Under the pieces are notes generated by a model. That model saw nothing but the letters and a program-made list of their open reading frames with translations, had not been told where the DNA came from and searched no databases. From the NCBI GenBank assembly GCA_903828645.1, contig CAIKNA010000071.1, positions 1,286 to 65,285 on the forward strand: a stretch of DNA of 64,000 nucleotides. The letters run 5' to 3'. The translations under genes and the position numbers were made by a program. Of the stretch, positions 57,703 to 64,000 are shown in pieces. This DNA is from an uncultured Bacteroidales bacterium (GTDB taxonomy: Bacteria > Bacteroidota > Bacteroidia > Bacteroidales > FEN-979). Within the stretch, counting starts at the first letter, position 1. Every line of letters starts with the position of its first letter.

Positions 57703-59143
57703 ATCCGACAGTAGTGGAAACGGTATTCGTATAATAGCTGACTGCTGCGGGGTTCACCATCCGGGAATCATACAGGTAATAATCCTGGTCCATCTTCGAC
57801 CAAACATAGGTTACATCGGTAAAAAAATGCTTTGCCCTGAACCCGAGTCCCCCCGAAACCTGGTAACGGGCACTGTTGTTTGTCCCGCCTTTATACGGAT
57901 TGCTGAAATAAGCGAACCCTCCCCTGATCCTGAAGTTTTGCAACCTCCATTCGGTACCGGCCCTGATATTTCCCCAAGATTGATAATCTGCTTTGATCGC
58001 GTTGTTTACATCGGTATAGCCGTCGTAGGATGAACTGAAACGAGCTTGCGAATAGTTGACATACTCATAATCGGCACTTACAAGTCCATATTGCCCGATG
58101 ATAAAGGCAATGCTTCCCATGGCACGGAAAGGAGTGGTTAAATGGTAGTCATACGACCCGACCGGGGAGGATTGCACGGCATTCCAGTCAGGGTTTGTAA
58201 AGGTCGATTGCATGCTGCTCGACCATACATCCCTCATTGTGGGATACCATGTTGGCGTATGAATACTTGCCCCGATTCTTACCCAGCCGGCAGGTTTATA
58301 AATAATCCCCATTTTAAAGTTGAGCCCTGTACCGCGCGTATGAAGGTTATACTGGTAGTGCAGTGAGATGAAGTTGGGAATGGTGTCCTTTGTCCGGGTT
58401 TCAGTGTATGTGCTGTTTTCGTAATAGTTGATACTGGGAACCCCGAAGGTCATGCCTACAAAAAGTTGATCCGAAAAGTTTGCACCGAGAGAGAAATCCA
58501 GTTCATTCATCGACCCGTAAGTATCTATTAATTTATTCTGAATGACACCTCCATAGGCAGCATCACAATAATATTTATTGGTAGCGGAATCATGAAAAAC
58601 GAGGCCGGTCCCAACAGCAAGATCAATATCAAATGGATAATCGCCCGGTTGGCTGTTATTTTCATTCAGGGTGTTTGCATAACTCTGCATCATGGAGTTT
58701 TTAGTATTGACCCCGGTAATTACCGTTCGGTTGTTAAAGTCGTTTTGCCGGTTGAAACCAATACCGATATTTACATTTTTCAGCACGCCTGATTTGTTTT
58801 TATCGTATGGGGGAATGCTGAAGATGGCGCCGAAATTTCCAACGCCCGCATTCACCCGGTCATCGGTACACAAGCTACCATTGTAGATGGAGGAAGAATA
58901 TCCGACGGTCGGTGCAATGGTGAAGGTCATTTCCGATCCTTTGTATAATCCGATTCCGGCAGGGTTGGTCGCAAGGGTGGAGAAGTCGGCGCCAACAGCG
59001 CCAAAAGCCCCGCTCAATCCGTTAAACCTTGCTGTACCACTGTAAAAAACACGGGAATAACGCAAGGCATCTTCCGCAGTCTGGGCGTTGACAAACATGT
59101 ATGATGACGTGAATATCAGGATGATCATGGATGCTTTTCTCAT
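57692..59143 (-). CDS. FadL/OmpP1/PorV-superfamily outer-membrane beta-barrel
   Basis: Signal peptide ...VNAQT, then DALRYS...GTARF.GL.GAFGAVGADFS...NPAG. It ends in an aromatic residue (F). Confidence 0.55.
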   Translation of the reverse strand: MRKASMIILIFTSSYMFVNAQTAEDALRYSRVFYSGTARFNGLSGAFGAVGADFSTLATNPAGIGLYKGSEMTFTIAPTVGYSSSIYNGSLCTDDRVNAGVGNFGAIFSIPPYDKNKSGVLKNVNIGIGFNRQNDFNNRTVITGVNTKNSMMQSYANTLNENNSQPGDYPFDIDLAVGTGLVFHDSATNKYYCDAAYGGVIQNKLIDTYGSMNELDFSLGANFSDQLFVGMTFGVPSINYYENSTYTETRTKDTIPNFISLHYQYNLHTRGTGLNFKMGIIYKPAGWVRIGASIHTPTWYPTMRDVWSSSMQSTFTNPDWNAVQSSPVGSYDYHLTTPFRAMGSIAFIIGQYGLVSADYEYVNYSQARFSSSYDGYTDVNNAIKADYQSWGNIRAGTEWRLQNFRIRGGFAYFSNPYKGGTNNSARYQVSGGLGFRAKHFFTDVTYVWSKMDQDYYLYDSRMVNPAAVSYYTNTVSTTVGFRF

Positions 59144-59172
59144 GGCAGTCAGTGTTTTATATTAGAAAAAGG

Positions 59173-60471
59173 TTACCTGTGTCTTCCGCCGCCGCCACCG
59201 CTGCCTCCGGAAGATGAACCACCGCTGTTTCCACCACCTGACCTTCCTCCTCCGCCTGAACCGGAAGGTGAGGAGTTGGATCCGCCTGAACGTGTGGACC
59301 CGCTGCCTGAGCTACGCGAAGGGGTTGAATAACCTGAAGAACCTGACCTGTTGGATCCGCCGCCTGACCTGTTGTAACTATTGTCAGGGGTTGCACTTTG
59401 ACGGGTAACATTGTTCGCCCCGGATCCTGCCCGTACAGCTGGATTGGCCGCTCTTGTGGTTCCGGGATTCTGAGACCTGGGTGCAAGGTACTCCTGGCTC
59501 GATTTTGGTTGTCTGTAAACCGGTGAAGAATAACTTTGAACAACGTTTGCCGAACGCTGCTGTGCCGCATTGACATTTTCCGGTTTGGCATATCTTGGGG
59601 CTGGTTGCTGGCGGTTCATTTGATTCTGAACCTGGCTGTTTCTTGTCGTACTTCTCTGGTTTTCGGTTTGTCCTGAGGTTGCAGGACGTGTATACCGGTA
59701 TTTTTCCTGCGCCACGGGTGTGGTACGGGCAGTTGGAGGTGCGGTTCGTGGTGAAGGGACGATTGTGCTCCTTTCATTACGCGAATAAGCGCTGTTTCCG
59801 TTAGCCTGGGTTGCACGCACGCTGGGGGCACCTGACCGGCCGTCGGTACGGTAAGTAGAACTCCTTGAACCGTAATAATAGGAGTTGCTGGTGTAGTAAG
59901 GATTATACCAGTCGTTGTAACCGTTGCAATAACAGCAGGGGTAGTATCCTCCGTAATAGTAAGGGTAGCCCAATCCGTAGCCATAAAATCCGCCATAATA
60001 AGGGTAGCCCCAACCGTAATCCCAGCCCCACACGGAGTAAGGATAACCAAACCCAAAAGAAAGGGAGGGTGCATAGTAGCTGCCATATCCCAAATCATTG
60101 CCAAGATAAATATTGACGTTGGGGTTATTACCACCCTGTGTTCCTGTGGTGGCTGAACCGGTGTAGGATTTGTCAAAATATCCAACCGTTGTGTCCTTGC
60201 TGCTGAAACGGTCGATCCTGTTGGCATAGGAATAGTCATTGTAATCATCTGCAAAGGTCGAGGAAGCAGGCTTTTGCCCTTTGGCCAAATCGGGAGATGT
60301 GACCACCTGGGCACCCTGATTCTGTGAAGGTGCCACGGGCGTTTTTACTAGTACGGGTTCGGAGGATGTGTTGTAAACCTCATCGCCGACATAGGTCGTG
60401 GCATGTTTCTGAGATGTGCACGCACTGATTGCCAGGGCAATGATCGCGATAATCCAGGCTGATTTTTTCAT
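59173..60471 (-). CDS. low-complexity Tyr/Gly- and Ser/Gly/Arg-rich lipoprotein
   Basis: Lipobox ALAISAC, a central GWDYGWGYPYYGGFYGYGLGYPYYYGGYYPCCYC block and a C-terminal (S/G/R)n tail. The start was trimmed to MKKSAW. Confidence 0.6.
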   Translation of the reverse strand: MKKSAWIIAIIALAISACTSQKHATTYVGDEVYNTSSEPVLVKTPVAPSQNQGAQVVTSPDLAKGQKPASSTFADDYNDYSYANRIDRFSSKDTTVGYFDKSYTGSATTGTQGGNNPNVNIYLGNDLGYGSYYAPSLSFGFGYPYSVWGWDYGWGYPYYGGFYGYGLGYPYYYGGYYPCCYCNGYNDWYNPYYTSNSYYYGSRSSTYRTDGRSGAPSVRATQANGNSAYSRNERSTIVPSPRTAPPTARTTPVAQEKYRYTRPATSGQTENQRSTTRNSQVQNQMNRQQPAPRYAKPENVNAAQQRSANVVQSYSSPVYRQPKSSQEYLAPRSQNPGTTRAANPAVRAGSGANNVTRQSATPDNSYNRSGGGSNRSGSSGYSTPSRSSGSGSTRSGGSNSSPSGSGGGGRSGGGNSGGSSSGGSGGGGGRHR

Positions 60472-60532
60472 AAGGCATTCTCTTTTATATTGCTGATGTA
60501 CCGTTTGCATTGAGGGATCGGGATAATTTTTG

Positions 60533-60540
60533 TATTTTTG
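60533..60540 (+). promoter_or_regulatory. -7 box candidate TATTTTTG upstream of proS
   Basis: Matches TAnnTTTG, ~52 nt upstream of the ATG at 60593. Confidence 0.4.
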
Positions 60541-60592
60541 CTGTCTAACAATGCAACATAGAAATTAACAACTTTCATACCAAACCTATAAA

Positions 60593-62068
60593 ATGGCTAA
60601 AGATTTTCCTTCAAGGGCAGAAAATTATGCTCAATGGTACAATGATCTGGTTATCAAGGCCGATTTAGCTGAAAATTCAGCAGTTCGCGGATGCATGGTT
60701 ATAAAACCTTATGGCTATGCCATCTGGGAGCGGATCCAGGCGGTTCTGGATAAAAAATTCAAGGATACGGGCCACTCGAATGCTTATTTTCCGATTTTCA
60801 TCCCTAAATCCTTTTTCAGCAAAGAGGCGAGCCATGTTGAGGGTTTTGCAAAAGAGTGTGCCGTGGTGACTCACTACCGCTTGAAAAATTCCCCCGACGG
60901 AAAGGGGGTCATCGTTGATGAAGATGCCAAACTCGAGGAAGAATTGATCGTGAGGCCTACTTCAGAAACCATTATATGGGATACTTACCGCACCTGGATC
61001 AAGTCTTATCGCGATCTTCCGTTACTGATCAACCAATGGGCCAACGTGGTGCGCTGGGAGATGAGGACCAGGTTGTTTTTGAGGACGACCGAGTTTTTAT
61101 GGCAGGAGGGACATACTGCGCATGCCACCCGCGAGGAGGCTGTTGCTGAGGCTGAAACAATGCTGGGTGTGTATGCCGACTTTGCAGAGAATTGGATGGC
61201 CATCCCTGTTATCAAAGGAACAAAGTCGCCGGCAGAAAGGTTTGCAGGTGCCATTGACACTTATGCCATTGAAGCCCTGATGCAGGATGGGAAGGCGCTC
61301 CAGGCTGGTACTTCCCACTTCCTGGGACAAAATTTCGCTAAGGCCTTTGATGTGAAGTACCTCAACCGCGAAAACCAGCTTGACTTTGTGTGGGCTACTT
61401 CATGGGGTGTCTCCACCCGGTTGATGGGGGCCCTGATCATGTCGCATTCCGATGACCATGGGCTGGTACTCCCTCCGAAACTTGCCCCGATCCAGGTTGC
61501 CATCGTTCCGGTGTTTAAAACTGCTGAACAACTGGCACAGATTTCTGAGACAGTCATCCCGATAAAAAAAGCGTTGGAAGCGAAAGGCATCGCCGTTAAA
61601 TATGACGACCGGGATACCCACAAACCGGGATGGAAATTCACGGAATATGAATTCAAAGGGGTTCCGGTGCGCATGACAATCGGCCCCAGGGATATCGAAC
61701 AGGGAACCGTCGAGGTGGCCCGCAGGGATACCCTTGAAAAGGAGACCCTCCGGATTACCGACATTGAAAACAAGATCGTTCACCTGCTGGATCAGATTCA
61801 GAAGAATTTATACGACCGGGCGCTCTCCTTCCGCGAAAACAACACTTTCAGGGTGGATACCTGGGATGAGTTCAGGAAGGTGCTCGACGACAAAGGGGGG
61901 TTTATTTCTGCACACTGGGACGGAACCACAGAAACTGAGGAGAAGATCAAAGAGGAAACGAAGGCCACCATCAGGGTTATCCCGATTAACAACCAGCCGG
62001 AAGCGGGGAAATGCGTTTTTTCGGGGAAGCCTTCAAGCCAGAGGGTGATTTTTGCCCGGGCCTATTAG
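60593..62068 (+). CDS. proS: proline--tRNA ligase (archaeal/eukaryote-like type)
   Basis: [25 protein letters not shown] and [10 protein letters not shown] motifs. The C-terminal domain ends in Y. Confidence 0.95.
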   Translation: MAKDFPSRAENYAQWYNDLVIKADLAENSAVRGCMVIKPYGYAIWERIQAVLDKKFKDTGHSNAYFPIFIPKSFFSKEASHVEGFAKECAVVTHYRLKNSPDGKGVIVDEDAKLEEELIVRPTSETIIWDTYRTWIKSYRDLPLLINQWANVVRWEMRTRLFLRTTEFLWQEGHTAHATREEAVAEAETMLGVYADFAENWMAIPVIKGTKSPAERFAGAIDTYAIEALMQDGKALQAGTSHFLGQNFAKAFDVKYLNRENQLDFVWATSWGVSTRLMGALIMSHSDDHGLVLPPKLAPIQVAIVPVFKTAEQLAQISETVIPIKKALEAKGIAVKYDDRDTHKPGWKFTEYEFKGVPVRMTIGPRDIEQGTVEVARRDTLEKETLRITDIENKIVHLLDQIQKNLYDRALSFRENNTFRVDTWDEFRKVLDDKGGFISAHWDGTTETEEKIKEETKATIRVIPINNQPEAGKCVFSGKPSSQRVIFARAY

Positions 62069-62076
62069 CCTTTTTT

Positions 62077-62820
62077 TCAATAGGCAAGCAACTTTCCTGT
62101 GCCTGTGATCGTAGCCTTGATTTCCTGGGGATTTCCGGAATAGTAAATATTCCCGATGGAGGTGATTGTGGCCTCAAGGGAATGGGTGGCGCTCACATAG
62201 CAATCGTTTGAACCGCTGTTGGTTACAAAGGAATATCCTGTTCTCAGTCCGCTAAGCTGGAGCAATCCGTAATCCCCGGCATATACGCTGCTGATGTTGC
62301 AGATGCCATTCAGCACCAGGGTTGCCGTACCCATATGCTGGATGAAAAATCCATCTCCCACATTTACCTTCAGGTCGATGGTGCCGCACCCTCCCCACAT
62401 GTCGATTTTCAGGTACCCTGTCCTTATCGTATCTGTACAACTGATATTCCCCGACGACTCATAATGTATTTTCAGCAGGTTTTTTACTGAGACATATACA
62501 TTAAGTGGTTTGGAATAACTCCGCAGCCAGTTGCAGGTATTGGTGTTCCTTAATACCAGTTCCCTTCCTGACAATTCGGTGACGATACCCCCGATGATAT
62601 TCTCACCAGTTTCAACCCTTACACTGTTGGCTGAATCCTGCTTCAGGATAACGTTTACATTATCCAGTACGCGGATGCTGTCGAAGGCTGAAATTAAGCG
62701 GTCCTGGAGGATGATCCGGCCGGTGGAGGAGACACACCTGCCCCCGTCTTTCCCGCAACTGCTCACAATGAGCCCGAGAAGAAACACGGAAATATAAACC
62801 GGGTATAAGGAATTTTTCAT
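62077..62820 (-). CDS. DUF2807 / head-GIN-domain lipoprotein
   Basis: Lipobox IVSSC, with repeated beta-helix-like segments (V.L.G....V..G). Confidence 0.6.
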   Translation of the reverse strand: MKNSLYPVYISVFLLGLIVSSCGKDGGRCVSSTGRIILQDRLISAFDSIRVLDNVNVILKQDSANSVRVETGENIIGGIVTELSGRELVLRNTNTCNWLRSYSKPLNVYVSVKNLLKIHYESSGNISCTDTIRTGYLKIDMWGGCGTIDLKVNVGDGFFIQHMGTATLVLNGICNISSVYAGDYGLLQLSGLRTGYSFVTNSGSNDCYVSATHSLEATITSIGNIYYSGNPQEIKATITGTGKLLAY

Positions 62821-63995
62821 TTCAAAGTTTTTTTACCATACACAACGTCGAACCTGTAACCTAAACCCCAGCCGATATAATCAGCTCTTCCCCAGTGCAC
62901 TTTAATCATCACCGTGGCAAACAGGTCTTTTGCAAAACCATATTGAACGGATATTTTCTCGTACAGTGGTCCATTGCTTTTTTCTTTTCCCCCGAGATAA
63001 TAACCGAGGTTGACGATAAACCCCAGCCGCGCCATGACCAGCTGGTATGCCCCGTTGATCCCTGGCCGGATTATACTCATCTTATTGGTGACCGGGATCC
63101 CGGCCCTCTCCAGGGTAGTGATCTGCGACGGGTCATAGGAGAAATCAAGGCCGATCCCGAATTTACTTTTCGGACTGACCTGCAGGAAGGAGTTTCCGTA
63201 AAAATGGGTAATCCAATAGTTCTTACCATACACGGCCTGCATGTTTTTATATCCCAACAGTCCCCCGACATCGATTCCGATGGTCTTCCTGAGAATGGCC
63301 GAGTATGGTTCGACTGGGGCATAGAACCGGTCGGTGATGTTGTGGTTCTCCCTGAACGGACGATATGCGACCCCGACGTTAACGAGCATTAAATTGATGC
63401 CGTAATTCGGCTGTTTGAGCGACCCGTTTGAAAAATGCTGAAGACTCGCCCCGGCAGTGACGGTGAGAAAATAGTTGATACGATACCGTACTTCGGCCAT
63501 CAGGTTCACTGCTGCATTCAGATGTGACCCGATTGCCAGGTTCCTGAAGTTTGTAATACGGTTGAATGGCTTTGTGATGTAACCGACTCCCAGGGCAAAC
63601 CTGAACCCGGCCGTGAAACGGTTGTTTTTATACAGTGGAAAGTTGAGAAATGGCATGGCAGCATAAGCACTGCCCAGCGATGGGTTGTTGCCAATGCCTG
63701 AGTAAAACATGGAAACACCAATGAGCGGGTAGTTATAATCGCGTTCCCACTTATGTTTCCCGTATGTCAGTTTCTCCACAATTAGTTCGAAAGCAGGAAA
63801 GTGAGCATTGAAGAGTTCCAGTTCAAGGTGCTGGGCATATAAGAACCCGTAATTTATTTTGCCTTCGATTACAAGATTGGAAGAAACAAGCTTGTGTTCA
63901 AATTGCGCCTGGACAGGGTTTGCTTGAAACGTGATTATCAGAATTATACCTATAAACCTCAGAAATACCGACATCTTTGTTGTGTAATGATCCAA
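62817..63995 (-). CDS. acyloxyacyl hydrolase / PagL-like outer-membrane lipid A deacylase family
   Basis: ASLQHFSNGS (His-x-Ser-Asn motif) in a beta-barrel context. The start is 63995 or 63974 (MSVFLRF). Confidence 0.6.
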   Translation of the reverse strand: MDHYTTKMSVFLRFIGIILIITFQANPVQAQFEHKLVSSNLVIEGKINYGFLYAQHLELELFNAHFPAFELIVEKLTYGKHKWERDYNYPLIGVSMFYSGIGNNPSLGSAYAAMPFLNFPLYKNNRFTAGFRFALGVGYITKPFNRITNFRNLAIGSHLNAAVNLMAEVRYRINYFLTVTAGASLQHFSNGSLKQPNYGINLMLVNVGVAYRPFRENHNITDRFYAPVEPYSAILRKTIGIDVGGLLGYKNMQAVYGKNYWITHFYGNSFLQVSPKSKFGIGLDFSYDPSQITTLERAGIPVTNKMSIIRPGINGAYQLVMARLGFIVNLGYYLGGKEKSNGPLYEKISVQYGFAKDLFATVMIKVHWGRADYIGWGLGYRFDVVYGKKTLK

Positions 63996-64000
63996 GGATA

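Overview
This 64-kb window looks like a Bacteroidota chromosomal segment. Several proteins end in type IX secretion (T9SS) C-terminal sorting domains, TAnnTTTG promoter-like boxes sit upstream of many genes, and ProRS is the archaeal/eukaryote-like form. I call about 51 protein genes. I recognised no rRNA, tRNA, CRISPR array, transposase or integrase.

Gene layout, left to right:
- pyrK-pyrD.
- A roughly 12-kb surface-glycan cluster at 1.9-13.9 kb: a PglC-like initiating transferase, a DegT-type aminotransferase, six glycosyltransferases, a Wzx flippase, a deacetylase, a Wzy_C/O-antigen-ligase-family protein and a large GT-C-like membrane enzyme.
- purB and an alpha/beta hydrolase.
- A threonine/methionine node: MetY-like PLP enzyme, thrC, thrH and an MGL/CGS-like PLP enzyme.
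- gcvP.
- A same-strand block of an ECF sigma factor, an anti-sigma-like membrane protein and three large T9SS cargo paralogs.
- H+/Na+-pyrophosphatase, then a bifunctional nuclease.
- Nucleoside permease, thyA, folA.
- dnaB.
- Envelope and lipid A genes: LpxR-like, lpxK, PagL-like.
- A purine nucleoside phosphorylase (PNP) gene, a glycerophosphodiester phosphodiesterase (GDPD) gene, the Nif3 + zinc-ribbon pair, and proS.

The most unusual things seen directly in the DNA:
1. At least eight intergenic spacers are filled with short-period (mostly 7 nt) A/T-tract tandem arrays. One is a 140-nt compound 13-nt array. The motifs differ between loci but the period is shared.
2. A C9/G9 homopolymer lies inside the anti-sigma-like gene, upstream of the T9SS cargo genes.
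3. The three T9SS cargos have a modular architecture: variable heads on a shared stalk and CTD.
4. thrH and thrC are embedded between two Cys/Met-family PLP enzymes.

All functional calls come from reading the translated ORFs by eye. No database search was run.
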